IMG/VR virus record: IMGVR_UViG_3300037329_000040 | Strand: one strand, 5' to 3' | Source: an uncultured virus (IMG/VR IMGVR_UViG_3300037329_000040) | Taxonomy: Duplodnaviria > Heunggongvirae > Uroviricota > Caudoviricetes | Length of the DNA stretch: 64,000 nt | Shown: positions 50,358 to 60,784 of the stretch, piece by piece | Layout: every line of letters starts with the position of its first letter | Position numbering within the stretch: position 1 is the stretch's first letter | The notes under the pieces: model-generated | What the model was told of the DNA's origin: nothing | Databases searched by the model: none | The model's input: only the letters and a program-made list of their open reading frames with translations | Translations under genes and position numbers: made by a program

Positions 50358-50806
50358 TAGATATTTCCTGCCTGGTTTTCGGACCTTCGTATTACTACCT
50401 TATAATATTCGATGCTTCCGAAAGGCCCTACAAAAGGCTCTACAGATGCAAGCTCAAAGATAGTAGACCTGCCTGAGCGAACCCCAGCAGTTTCGTTATA
50501 AAGATAATTCTTTTGCTTGTCTTTAATGTTAGTTAAGATTACGTTAGTTATAGAGTTCTTTTCCTGCCTTGCGGAAAGCCTAGGGTCGGCTTTTAACCGA
50601 CCTACCAAGACGAACTCTTGGGTGATGTTTATGTTTGGCTTAACGTCTTCTGAAAATGCAGAACCTGCGGAGGAGAAGTTGCAAGCAATGGTTCTGTCTA
50701 GCAGCCATTCCTTCTTTATGTTTCCGTAACTTCCTTGCTCTACGATTGGGTGCAGGATGTCTACCTGCATCGGAAAGGTAAAGTCGATTACGTCACATGC
50801 AGCCAC
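50357..50806 (-). CDS. putative head closure/stopper protein
   Basis: Position and beta-rich 149-aa product. Confidence 0.55.
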   Translation of the reverse strand: MAACDVIDFTFPMQVDILHPIVEQGSYGNIKKEWLLDRTIACNFSSAGSAFSEDVKPNINITQEFVLVGRLKADPRLSARQEKNSITNVILTNIKDKQKNYLYNETAGVRSGRSTIFELASVEPFVGPFGSIEYYKVVIRRSENQAGNI

Positions 50807-51957
50807 TACAGGACTCCTAGCCTAGTAATCGTATCAACGTGTCGGCTCAGGATCTTGTCAACTATTAGGTTTCCTGTTCCACCAAAGAGTTGCTTGTCAA
50901 ACTGAATCTTAAACTGGTCCGTGTTATAAGCAGATACATACCTCTGAAAATACTCAAGCTTTCCACATTTGAGGTCTTCAACTAGAAGCTTTGTGGCATA
51001 CTCGATGTCTGGAGAAATGGCCTTGGGGCCTACATCCAGAACAAAGTTATAGTCCCATCCTTTAGGAAAGTCTCCGAAGTTTCTTGCGTCATACACCAGG
51101 TCTCCTCGACCAATAGGTACTGTGACTTGCCGGCCTTCTAGCCTGTTTACTACGCCAGCAAGCTCTCTTACGATTGCCGAGTTATCTCGTGAGACCTTGT
51201 ACAAGACATCCCAACCCCTAAGAGCTAGGGCAAAATTTTCATCTGCAACTGGGGAGTAGTCTGCGATCTTTGCTCTGACCCTAAAAGAATGCTCATCAAT
51301 TATTTCTGATACTATAAAAGATCCGTTAAGTGATTCGTACTCTTCTTGGACACCAGAGATTACAATCCTATTTCCTACTTCATACTTGTTTGCCTCAACT
51401 GTTGTTAGGCCTACATCTTTTGTTACTGGCTGCTCTACATCATGGAATCCTGAGATTCTTAGCTTGACGTCTTCTCCATCAAAAACTAATTTGCTGTTCT
51501 CATAAACACGTAGTACTTTGTTTACATCGTACCATAATGGCATATAATCTGAGCCCTGCCCAGCAGCTTGCACGTTTACTTTTTTATTGTAAAAGCCTTT
51601 GGCTACTACGCTGTCAATAATTGCCCTGGAGACTATCTCCAAGGTCTTGTACTCCAAGATTTCTGAAGCTGTTGTCCCTAATGTCTTTGGGTCTACATAG
51701 GGCCTATAGACATCTAGGTTGTCCTCTACTACCGTTTGCCCTGCTAAGTCTAATACCTTGAACAAGAACTTCCTGTCAAATTGGACCATTGACTTTGGAA
51801 GAGAGTAGGTTATCTTAGATGTAGCGTTTGAGACTACGTCAGCATTTTGAAATGAGTGATCCACCAAATCTTCTATATAAATTACATAAGAAGTATTTGC
51901 TTCTGGTACGTCCCAAGTAGTTACTATTGGATATGGTGGAACCCTCAATATTTCCAT
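50806..51957 (-). CDS. putative head-tail adaptor with internal beta-domain
   Basis: EIVSRAIIDS...PDIEYAT...GTGNLIVDKIL. Position after the capsid genes. Confidence 0.6.
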   Translation of the reverse strand: MEILRVPPYPIVTTWDVPEANTSYVIYIEDLVDHSFQNADVVSNATSKITYSLPKSMVQFDRKFLFKVLDLAGQTVVEDNLDVYRPYVDPKTLGTTASEILEYKTLEIVSRAIIDSVVAKGFYNKKVNVQAAGQGSDYMPLWYDVNKVLRVYENSKLVFDGEDVKLRISGFHDVEQPVTKDVGLTTVEANKYEVGNRIVISGVQEEYESLNGSFIVSEIIDEHSFRVRAKIADYSPVADENFALALRGWDVLYKVSRDNSAIVRELAGVVNRLEGRQVTVPIGRGDLVYDARNFGDFPKGWDYNFVLDVGPKAISPDIEYATKLLVEDLKCGKLEYFQRYVSAYNTDQFKIQFDKQLFGGTGNLIVDKILSRHVDTITRLGVL

Positions 51958-51958
51958 G

Positions 51959-52432
51959 CTAGTTGCCGAATTCCTCTTTTATTTCTTCTGGGGTTGCCAG
52001 ACGGACAGCTCCAAGGGTTACCCACTGAATGGAATCTTTCTTGGACACTATATTGTAACCTCTATAAACCTTGCCAAGACCGCTCCAGCTTAGGTTTCTT
52101 TCGGAAAACACTGCAACCTTTTCCTCACTGACAACAGCTTTTTTCTTAGCTGGTGCCTTGGTGGATGGCTTCTTGGATGATGAGCCGATAGCTCCATCTT
52201 TTACTGGCGCTAGGGCTGGCTCTGAAGGTACTGGATCTGGGGATGTTATTACGTTTACCCCCTCAGTCTTTGCAACCTCTTCTTCGACAACATCAGCAGC
52301 AACTACGTCTGAAGAGTCATCCTCTAATACTTCTGGTGTTTCTCCTACTGGTCTTTCAAACTTAGTTCCGTCTTGAACTAGTCCGTCTCCATCGCCATCT
52401 CTAGCTTCTGGTTTAAATACATTTTCTGTCAT
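51959..52432 (-). CDS. hypothetical virion-associated protein
   Basis: ARDGDGDGLVQDG (DxDxDG), low-complexity linker, C-terminal VRLATPEE. Confidence 0.65.
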   Translation of the reverse strand: MTENVFKPEARDGDGDGLVQDGTKFERPVGETPEVLEDDSSDVVAADVVEEEVAKTEGVNVITSPDPVPSEPALAPVKDGAIGSSSKKPSTKAPAKKKAVVSEEKVAVFSERNLSWSGLGKVYRGYNIVSKKDSIQWVTLGAVRLATPEEIKEEFGN

Positions 52433-52472
52433 ATTGATATTCCTCCTGTGATAATTATATCAGATTAAACTT

Positions 52473-52507
52473 AAAAAGGGGCAGAGGCGAGATGCCCCTG
52501 CCCCCTC
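52473..52507 (-). terminator. intrinsic terminator after the capsid gene
   Basis: GGGGCAGGGGC-ATCTC-GCCTCTGCCCC followed by TTTTT. Confidence 0.8.
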
Positions 52508-52529
52508 TTAAAAAGGATACTGTTACAGA

Positions 52530-53648
52530 TTAAGCATCTGAAGCAGCGTCAGCGAACGCAATGGCGTCCTCTTCTTCCCACTGAATACCAAAACGTACGA
52601 ATACGGTGTATTCAATGGTGTCCTTCTTGGCCTTGTACTCTCGGTTAACAGTAATGTCTCTCTGGAAACCCCAAATACGGTTCTGAGGGAATGTAAGGTC
52701 TACATATCCTGCTGGGAAGTACGGAACTTCTTGAACGTCTACGCCTAGAACACGTGTAGTGCGAGCACCACCGAATGTCTGGCCGTTACCGTCTAGATAG
52801 GACTGTGTGTTTCCCTGAGTGCCGCTGATTTGGCCTGCGAAGGCTTCAGCGACTGCGTCTGCTAGGGTACCGTTATTCTTAACGATTCCCTGGAAGGCGT
52901 CGGTACCAGCGTAGAACTTAAGGTTGTTCTTAAGTGCGCGGTACTTGCGTGGCATGGCAGTGATAATGTCTTGCATTACCTCTGGAGTCCATGCATTGCC
53001 AGCGACGGTAACGATTGCCTCGTGTGCGTCTCCACCAGTCTTGGCCTTGTTAACAAAGCCATCCATGATGGACAAGAAGTTACCAGTAGCACCGTCACCA
53101 TTAATGGCTAGGTCCTCGATGTCATTTGCAAAAGCATTTGTCATCAAGCGTACTAGGTGGTCCTCAAGAGCTGCGCCCTCAATACCGTCTTCTAGACCTT
53201 CTGCAGATACTTCCCAGTCAAGACGAATCTTGCGTGTGGTAAGCTCTACCTTTGTGAATGTTGCTCCAGAGTTAGTGTAGTCGCCTGTTGCCTGTGCAGC
53301 TGCACGGATAACACGCTCTCCAACATTAACCTTCTCGAGCTCCATTGTGTTGGCCCGCATTGTAACTCTGCGGCCATCTTTGGCGAGTACAGTAGCATCC
53401 CAAACATAATCGATAAATCGACGAGCCTGCTCTGGACGGAGAATTCCGCTACCAGCATCACCCGAAGGATTAACCGCGTTTGCGCCAGTTGTTGAACCAA
53501 GTGATGCTGTTGGGATCATTCCGAGCGTTCCCGCTGCGGGAGTAGTTACCCCACCAATACCTCCTGATGCAAATGCACCTTCACCATTAAACAAACCGCT
53601 GTCTGCGCTTGCTGCATCTGGATTATTTTTCTTGATATCTTCCGACAT
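52530..53648 (-). CDS. major capsid protein (HK97 fold)
   Basis: GILRPEQARRF, ANDIEDLAINGD. AGGAGG SD, downstream of the protease, followed by a terminator. Confidence 0.88.
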   Translation of the reverse strand: MSEDIKKNNPDAASADSGLFNGEGAFASGGIGGVTTPAAGTLGMIPTASLGSTTGANAVNPSGDAGSGILRPEQARRFIDYVWDATVLAKDGRRVTMRANTMELEKVNVGERVIRAAAQATGDYTNSGATFTKVELTTRKIRLDWEVSAEGLEDGIEGAALEDHLVRLMTNAFANDIEDLAINGDGATGNFLSIMDGFVNKAKTGGDAHEAIVTVAGNAWTPEVMQDIITAMPRKYRALKNNLKFYAGTDAFQGIVKNNGTLADAVAEAFAGQISGTQGNTQSYLDGNGQTFGGARTTRVLGVDVQEVPYFPAGYVDLTFPQNRIWGFQRDITVNREYKAKKDTIEYTVFVRFGIQWEEEDAIAFADAASDA

Positions 53649-53674
53649 TATGTCACCTCCTAAGTGATTGTTTA

Positions 53675-55042
53675 TTAATTGAATAAATCGGCAGTTTTGA
53701 GGAAACGTCCGCCCCATAGGGATTTCTCAACCTTAGTTTCAGGTTGTTCCTGTACGATCTCGCCTAGATCGCCAGATTTACGGAAAGCGGTGTCAGCCTC
53801 AACTGCATCGATTCTCTTTCCAAACTCATTGAAGTCTCCTTCTGCATCCTGTATCTTTGAAGATACAAGACCTAGAGATTTCTTTAACTCAACAATTTCG
53901 TCATTTAGTGACTTGATTACTGTTGATAGATCGCTAAAGGCTGATGTAATACCGTCTTTAAGCTGAGATACAGCATCGGTTACATCATCTGATTTTGATA
54001 CCTCTTCGGTAACCTCGACAGGGGACTCTTGGCTGTCAGACTTCATCTCGTCATAAGACTTGTCTTCTTCCTCTTCATCCTCAACGGACATGTCTGATGA
54101 CTTCTCTTCCAAGACTTCAGCATCTGCTGACTTCTCTTCCATCTCGTCTTCTTCCATATCTTCTGTCTTGAGAACCTCACCGTACTCGTGTAGACCGGTG
54201 TTGGCATCTGCCTCTGGAGCGACCGCTGCTGCATCAGCAACTGTAGCCACTTCGACTACTTCTGCGCTTGTGTTATCAGTCATAGGGTCTTCCTCCTTTG
54301 TTATCTTAGAAAAATTAATGCCTTTAGCACTATCAACTAAGAACTTTATCATTTCTGATTTTTCGTTATCGTTTTTCTCAACGAAACCTATGTTCTTCAT
54401 CTCTTCGCCGCTTACAGGGCTTAGATATGACTCATCTTCAGATACCAGGACAATTCCTGACTGGTCATCCCAGAACACATTCTCAAAAGATGTATCTGGG
54501 GAAGAGCTCTTTACGACATTCATTCCATCAACCTTTTCAACTGACATGATGTTTGCAAACTGATTTGCGGGGTTGTCAACGAGCGATAGCTCTACGAGGT
54601 CGTAATCTTTAATAATTCTAATTTTTGCATCTGACTTCTCATCATAGGCGTCATCCCACTTGTTCATTCTTCCACCAATTGAGAATCCTGACAGGGTTCC
54701 GTCTAATACCTTTTCCCAAGTTGCCTGAGCACCCTTGGAAACATATGCAGATACATATACGCCTGAAAAGAACTTCTTCTCTTCTGGGTCAAAGTACTTC
54801 TCTTCTTTGAAGGATACCATCTTTCCAACGGCTAGGGGCTGGTGCATCTCTCGGATGTTTCCACGAAACTTTCTGAAAGCTTCTAGGCTTGCCTCTGTTG
54901 TGACGATGTCATCCTGCTTGTCCACGTTGTCGAGTGTGGCAAAACCAGAGACAATACGTCTCTCTTTATCTACCTTGCTGAAAGGCATCGAGAGACGAAC
55001 GTTGTCGCCCTCGGTATCTAGGTGAACCTTTGATATAGTCAT
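53675..55042 (-). CDS. prohead protease-scaffold fusion
   Basis: RIVSGFAT, REMHQ, GFSIGG, ELSLVDNPAN, then an acidic coiled-coil C-terminus. Confidence 0.88.
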   Translation of the reverse strand: MTISKVHLDTEGDNVRLSMPFSKVDKERRIVSGFATLDNVDKQDDIVTTEASLEAFRKFRGNIREMHQPLAVGKMVSFKEEKYFDPEEKKFFSGVYVSAYVSKGAQATWEKVLDGTLSGFSIGGRMNKWDDAYDEKSDAKIRIIKDYDLVELSLVDNPANQFANIMSVEKVDGMNVVKSSSPDTSFENVFWDDQSGIVLVSEDESYLSPVSGEEMKNIGFVEKNDNEKSEMIKFLVDSAKGINFSKITKEEDPMTDNTSAEVVEVATVADAAAVAPEADANTGLHEYGEVLKTEDMEEDEMEEKSADAEVLEEKSSDMSVEDEEEEDKSYDEMKSDSQESPVEVTEEVSKSDDVTDAVSQLKDGITSAFSDLSTVIKSLNDEIVELKKSLGLVSSKIQDAEGDFNEFGKRIDAVEADTAFRKSGDLGEIVQEQPETKVEKSLWGGRFLKTADLFN

Positions 55043-55102
55043 GCTAGTTTATTATACACCCTTTTTACGATAAATGTTCTCAAAACGTTATGTTTAGAGG
55101 AG

Positions 55103-56740
55103 CTAGTCAGAGGATGTCCCTTCTCCTTGGGCGTTCCTACCGCTTAGCGTAGACGTAGAATCTGACTCGTTGTTAGATCTTTCTGCATCTCTTGATCGGT
55201 TACCTGCAAGGTTAGCCCTTGCATCTGTTGCTTGTCTTGGTGACATTTCGAATGGAGAGTCTCCATCTGGCCTCTGAGGCAATCCTAGAGACTCACGAGC
55301 TTCATTAGGAGTCATGACCTGTGTCTTGACATAGCGTTCAAGTATTTGAGACTGAGCAATTTCATCTGTAAGGGTTAACTCGGTAAAGGCAAAGTCTAAG
55401 ATATCAGTTTTTTCTCTAATTATCTTCTTTATCATCTTCTCCAGGTTAGTCTGTGCTGGTCTGGCAACTTGCTCTTTAAACGTTCTGTCTTGGGCTAGGG
55501 CAGCTGCTATAGAGGACGAGTCCGCTCCACCAATCTTTGATAGAGGTACTTGGTGTGCTACAAGTATATCATCCCTATTCCGAATTCTATACTCGTTGAA
55601 CGATGCTTCCTGAACCCCATTCTCTATAGGCTCCATCTTAAACTCAACTTTATTGTTATCTGAATCTGCCGGCAATGGAATGTAAAGGGTTCTGTGAGAC
55701 TGTCCTTTAAGGCTAGTCTGCAGGAACCTGAACATCTTATCCTCTGCCTCAGAGGACAGCTTGGCTCCCTTAAGAGTTACGACATAACGTGGTACGCCTT
55801 TATTCCCAAAGTAGTCAATATTGTACTGAGAAGCAAGCTGATCTCCGTAAAGAGAAGATATGGCAGACATAATGTCTGGCACACCATAAAAGGTATTTAG
55901 GGGAGAGTACTCTTTGTAGTGAAGTATCTCATTAGGCCTAGGGTCATCTGTCATGGGGTTTGTGTTCGTTGCCCCAAAGTTTCTAAAGTATACAACCTTA
56001 TTACCTATGATCTGAACGTATCCGTCTCGTAGCCTTCTGGCTCTCATTGTTGTTGAAGGTATGTGGCCCACATAACCAATCTGACCCTTAGTGGTTCTAC
56101 CAACTTCAAGGTACCCGTTTCCTGTGGCCTGAACGTCCGTGTAAAATTTCATCATTGTGCTAGTAAAGGAGTCATCCCTATTAAGACTATCTAGCCAATC
56201 TTCCATCTCCACTTTTGCTCTCTGAATCCTTTTACGAGCACGAGCGACAGCTTCTGGATCTTCATTAGACTCAAGCTTCATCATTGTTCTTTTGGACACG
56301 TCAAAGCTGTAGCCCAGACCAACAATGTTTTCTACCTTTGCATCAATGGCTGCGTGGTTGGCAAATGATGTGTCATAAAAGTTTGCTAGTTCATAAAGAT
56401 TCCAGGGAGGTGTAATCACATCAAACATGCCATACCCATTACGGTACACCGCTCCTGGGTTAAGCTCTTTGGAGTTTGCCCCGTTACCAGTATTGACAGC
56501 CAAAGCACTGTCCTGGTATATTGCGGATGTTACATCTATGTTGTTGTAAGCCATTGTGGTTTCAACTATAGGAGGGTTGTTTGCTTTTTGAATTCTTTCA
56601 GACCTACGCTTAAAGTTTTTATCAATCCCAGAGAGCCCCTTTAGGACGTCCCACTCTTTTAAGAAAGGGTCTTGGGCTTTAAATGGATCTGGCTCTTTTT
56701 CAAATTCTGGCAGGCTGGCGCCTATTACGTATTCAGACAT
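55103..56740 (-). CDS. portal protein
   Basis: TGNGYLEV, FYGVPD, VMTPNEARESLGL. Confidence 0.9.
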   Translation of the reverse strand: MSEYVIGASLPEFEKEPDPFKAQDPFLKEWDVLKGLSGIDKNFKRRSERIQKANNPPIVETTMAYNNIDVTSAIYQDSALAVNTGNGANSKELNPGAVYRNGYGMFDVITPPWNLYELANFYDTSFANHAAIDAKVENIVGLGYSFDVSKRTMMKLESNEDPEAVARARKRIQRAKVEMEDWLDSLNRDDSFTSTMMKFYTDVQATGNGYLEVGRTTKGQIGYVGHIPSTTMRARRLRDGYVQIIGNKVVYFRNFGATNTNPMTDDPRPNEILHYKEYSPLNTFYGVPDIMSAISSLYGDQLASQYNIDYFGNKGVPRYVVTLKGAKLSSEAEDKMFRFLQTSLKGQSHRTLYIPLPADSDNNKVEFKMEPIENGVQEASFNEYRIRNRDDILVAHQVPLSKIGGADSSSIAAALAQDRTFKEQVARPAQTNLEKMIKKIIREKTDILDFAFTELTLTDEIAQSQILERYVKTQVMTPNEARESLGLPQRPDGDSPFEMSPRQATDARANLAGNRSRDAERSNNESDSTSTLSGRNAQGEGTSSD

Positions 56741-57108
56741 TATCCCTCGTCCCCGTAAAGCCTTAGTGTATCCTTTGCTGCCTGTACTGAGCCAAGATCG
56801 TTTAGGTTTGGAAGAAGGCCGCTAGCCATTCGTTCCTTTTGCTCCTGGTACTCATCTTCAGATACCCTGGCAACTCCAGGCATGAACTCATAAGAGCCAT
56901 CTCCCTGACCAAGAGCTGTAGCTTCTTGTTTAATCTTTGCTATCTGCAGAGCGTCCCCCTTGTGAGATGGGATGTTCAGTACGCTACCATGGCCATCCGT
57001 AAAAGGCTTTCCATTTGCTTTCTTCCAAAAATATATACCCCATGGGTAATCTTTTTCAATAACTGTGGCTTTAGAGTTACTAATTTGTCCGTTGTCTTTG
57101 TCTATCAT
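56740..57108 (-). CDS. hypothetical protein coupled to portal, leaderless
   Basis: TGGTATACT 7 nt before ATG 57108. Confidence 0.7.
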   Translation of the reverse strand: MIDKDNGQISNSKATVIEKDYPWGIYFWKKANGKPFTDGHGSVLNIPSHKGDALQIAKIKQEATALGQGDGSYEFMPGVARVSEDEYQEQKERMASGLLPNLNDLGSVQAAKDTLRLYGDEG

Positions 57109-57126
57109 AACCACTAGTATACCATA

Positions 57127-60100
57127 CTATAGAGGTTTGACGATAGAAGATGACCAAGCCAGACCGTTTGTGATCTTATAGCCAAGAATACCTCCGACAT
57201 ATAGAACAGAATCATCTCCTGCTACGATCTTATTGGTTCCAGCGTAAGCTTTATAGATACTTGAGGGGTTTACTCCATAATATTGTGTGGAAGAAAGGAT
57301 TAATACGTCATTCCAAAGATAATCAGTGGCGGACTGAGTTAGAAGGTTCTTCCAGTAAGCCCAAGAATTTGAACTGGCTGACACGGCATCCCAGAGCCTT
57401 ACGGACTGACGCTCTACCTCTTGCAAGCTACTGGACTCGTAATACGATATGTTGTTTACCAGCATAGGGCCCGTAAATCTTATGGCACCGACAGATGAAT
57501 CAAATCTAAGAGGCTCTGCAAACCTTATACCCAGGGCTGTCCATTCGTTAAGGTTAATTGTAGGAGTCTTGACTATCTTTCCGTTTATGTAGAATGCCAG
57601 TCCTGTCTGGAATTGACCAGTCTTTGCATTTAGTGCGTAAAGCCTTACGCGCTTGTTAGAGTTGTCAATTGGCTGCATAAAGACTTTTATAGAAACGTAA
57701 TTCGACTCAAGCTCAAAGATTTTCGTTTCGCCTGTTGGGAAGCTATCCTGACCAAAGAACATAAACATCTGCGTAGCTATCAGACTGTAGTTCTCTGCTG
57801 CCTTTTCATTGACGTTGATTAAGAAGCCCCTGTTAATTAGCGCGTCATAATCTCCTACCTTTTCTATCCCGCTCTTCTTGGTCAGGTAGAGGTAAGGGGT
57901 GCTGCCTTTGTAGATCCTATATGGATTCCTAGACTTGTAGTCATAAAAGAGTGAGTATCTTTGGTAAGGGAAGATAGGGACGTTAAACTTTGTCCCGATT
58001 GGATTAGAGGTGGTATCGTTGAAAGCTTGGGAGGCATACTGTAGACTCCTTAGCCCGACTTTGTTCTTTATAGCTCCCCTAACCTTCATCTCGATGTGTG
58101 TAACAATGGCATAAGAGGTCATAGGCACGTCGTTTGGAGGGTAGATAATCGTTCCATCTACCACCTCAAATGCTGTGTTTATCCACCCTGCACCGTACCT
58201 GATGTCAGTGGGGTTTACCACGTTGTTTCTTTGAGCTGTGGCTACATCTGAAAACTCAGACAGCTGCTTAGTTGCCCCAGACTCTATGAGCTGAAAGCTA
58301 ACGTAAGTCTTTACGAGAGCCTCATCTGTGTCATACGAGGACAGCTTAAATTTAGGAGTAGATGGATAGTCTACGTTAAGCTGGAGAAAGGATAAGTCGT
58401 AATACTCTTCCCCAAAGGAATCTTTTACATACTGAGCAAAGTATGAAAGCGGAAGGTAGTCCTGCCAATAAGAGTCGCAGTCAACGTCTAGGCTATAGAC
58501 TCCATAGTCTATAGATGCCGTTAGGGTGTAGGTTGCTATGTGGTCGTACAATTCCTCGAACGTAAAGGAGGACGGGATTCCTCCGTCTAAGACATTAGAC
58601 CAAACGGACATGTTATAGAATCCTGCGTCAACATAACCCAGCTCTTCAACTTCAAAAAACTCTGGTACTTTGTTTACGTTTCTTTGTGTGCACAGTCCAA
58701 CCTTGTAGATCTTTCCATCGAATTGAGCGGTATAGGTATTGTCTCCCGCAACAAACATCATCAACTGCTGGACATTGCTAAAGAAAGACAGCACGTCTGA
58801 ACCAAAGTAGTTGCTTAAGGAAACAAACGATGCCCCCACGAAAACTTTTTCATTAAGAGTAATACCTTGCTTCGTGCTAATGACGGAGGCTTGTCCTCTA
58901 ATAGTTAGCTCATAACTCAAAACGTCTTGCAGCAGGATAACAGAAAAGCTATCGCCGTTAACCTTGTTGACAAGCTTAAGAATTATCTTGGGGTCAGAGC
59001 TGAAGCTCTCAATTTCAAATATTGCGTAAACAGCTTTTGATGGCTGGTTGTCTATATCTAAGGTCTGAAACCTTATAAACCCTGGGTTTTCTGAAAAGGT
59101 AAAATACGGAGTAAGGTGAGTTTTCTGGACGCTGTACCACGAGTCATAGTCTGTGCTTTGGAATATAAAGTCTGGAAGGCTTACTGTAGGAGAGGATAGG
59201 GCTAAGCCTGTCGTGTCTATATTCTCAGAGATACCGTGCTCCCACTTCCCCATGTCTGGGTACTGGTAGTTATTAGTATAATCTGCAACAGAGTAATCTA
59301 TGAATGCAGTGCTTGCTCCAAAAGATTTGTTTGACCCATCTGGAGACTCCACAGCTTGACCGAAACCAAATCGTCTTTTTGCTACGAGGGATGGGACTAC
59401 GTATGGGTAGAATGCCGGACAGTCTATCTCAACGACTGGCACATCTTCATAAGCATATACACCCCAGTAGTCTTCTCCGCTTTCCAAGTCTTCAAAAACT
59501 AGCTCTGAGGTCTCATAAGTAATGTTTAAGACCTCTTCTCCGTTTACAAGAAGGCTTGCAGAGTTTACGGCTATTCTGATGTCTACTAACATTGGGCGAT
59601 ACCACTCACCCACAAAGTATGAGCCGATCTCTTCCCCTATTTTAAATCTTAAGAATGGGCCATCGGAATACAGGCCATAGTCTGAAGATGTTGGCCCCAA
59701 GATCTTTCTAGGCTGATCGGAACGAGAGTCTATCCTAAGCCAGGCCTCAAAGGTGTAGGGGTTGTATCTTCCGGAGTTATCTAGCATGCCCATTCCTGGC
59801 AAAAGCAGGGAGGGCTTGCCTTCTGTTTGATTTGGCTGGATTCTGGTAAGGTTTTCAGAGCCATAGACCATGGGCATGGATGTGTTCTTAGCTAAAAGTT
59901 TGTTGTTCTTTACTAGATACTTTGCTGGGTTTCCACCTAAACCATACTGATACCCAGGGATAAAGGCTTCTGCTGAAAACTCTAGCTGAGCGTCTGCTGA
60001 CAAATCCACAGTATTTGTTACTCCCAAAGACTCTGCAGAGAATTGCTCTGCCCACTGCCCAGCAGCAAAGCCATTAACAACGTAGTCGTAACTGGATGGA

Positions 60101-60681
60101 GCGGAGGGGGACCCCGACTGATTTAAGTATACGAAGGATATAAAGGGGTATACGTACTGGTAAGTAGAGCTGGCTGGTACCGAGAAGGTTGCAGAATACA
60201 TCGACCACTCGTTCGCAACTGGGCTTGAAAATATTTGTTTTTCTTTGAATTCAAAGCTTGCTGGGTCAAAGGGGTCGCTTGAAAGGACATACCCTACTTC
60301 TACTCCTGTGGTGAAAGACTGAAGAGCTTTTACGGAAAAGCTAATTGCAAAAGTATTTAAAGTTACGTTTAGAGAGCTAACAGGGATTGGATCTGAAAGC
60401 ATTACGGACAAAGACTCTAGTGGGTTTGCCCCTGCCACGGATGATAGCTTTGCGTACGAGCTTTGAAAGAATGGTATCCCGTTTAGATCTTCCGCAGGTA
60501 TGGATGCTGGATCGGTGGTAGAGTGGCTTGTGGTAGCGTAGGGACTGTCTGTCCAGCTATTTACGTCCCTTGAAGAATCGGAAACTAGAGACAGGTAGTC
60601 GACAGTCTCATCCAAGGCCCATAGGGCGATTGGCTGCTCTGCAAAAACTTTCTCTGCATATAAATTTGATGGACTAGACAT
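57127..60681 (-). CDS. large virion structural protein (LamG/carbohydrate-binding-like segments)
   Basis: YAEKVFAEQPIALWALDE N-terminus, YTFEAWLR, beta-rich 1184 aa. Confidence 0.65.
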   Translation of the reverse strand: MSSPSNLYAEKVFAEQPIALWALDETVDYLSLVSDSSRDVNSWTDSPYATTSHSTTDPASIPAEDLNGIPFFQSSYAKLSSVAGANPLESLSVMLSDPIPVSSLNVTLNTFAISFSVKALQSFTTGVEVGYVLSSDPFDPASFEFKEKQIFSSPVANEWSMYSATFSVPASSTYQYVYPFISFVYLNQSGSPSAPSSYDYVVNGFAAGQWAEQFSAESLGVTNTVDLSADAQLEFSAEAFIPGYQYGLGGNPAKYLVKNNKLLAKNTSMPMVYGSENLTRIQPNQTEGKPSLLLPGMGMLDNSGRYNPYTFEAWLRIDSRSDQPRKILGPTSSDYGLYSDGPFLRFKIGEEIGSYFVGEWYRPMLVDIRIAVNSASLLVNGEEVLNITYETSELVFEDLESGEDYWGVYAYEDVPVVEIDCPAFYPYVVPSLVAKRRFGFGQAVESPDGSNKSFGASTAFIDYSVADYTNNYQYPDMGKWEHGISENIDTTGLALSSPTVSLPDFIFQSTDYDSWYSVQKTHLTPYFTFSENPGFIRFQTLDIDNQPSKAVYAIFEIESFSSDPKIILKLVNKVNGDSFSVILLQDVLSYELTIRGQASVISTKQGITLNEKVFVGASFVSLSNYFGSDVLSFFSNVQQLMMFVAGDNTYTAQFDGKIYKVGLCTQRNVNKVPEFFEVEELGYVDAGFYNMSVWSNVLDGGIPSSFTFEELYDHIATYTLTASIDYGVYSLDVDCDSYWQDYLPLSYFAQYVKDSFGEEYYDLSFLQLNVDYPSTPKFKLSSYDTDEALVKTYVSFQLIESGATKQLSEFSDVATAQRNNVVNPTDIRYGAGWINTAFEVVDGTIIYPPNDVPMTSYAIVTHIEMKVRGAIKNKVGLRSLQYASQAFNDTTSNPIGTKFNVPIFPYQRYSLFYDYKSRNPYRIYKGSTPYLYLTKKSGIEKVGDYDALINRGFLINVNEKAAENYSLIATQMFMFFGQDSFPTGETKIFELESNYVSIKVFMQPIDNSNKRVRLYALNAKTGQFQTGLAFYINGKIVKTPTINLNEWTALGIRFAEPLRFDSSVGAIRFTGPMLVNNISYYESSSLQEVERQSVRLWDAVSASSNSWAYWKNLLTQSATDYLWNDVLILSSTQYYGVNPSSIYKAYAGTNKIVAGDDSVLYVGGILGYKITNGLAWSSSIVKPL

Positions 60682-60784
60682 TTTTCTCCTAGTCTATTTT
60701 AGCACATAAGACATAATAATTCATCCTAAGGCTGATGCAAGCTACCTGACTAAACCCGATCGGGGTGTTCAAGGTATTGGCTAT

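Noticed and set aside
60728..60752. SRP domain IV-like GTCAGGT...CAGCC on the minus strand
   Set aside because: No GNRA tetraloop, and the AGCA side of the symmetric loop is not conserved.
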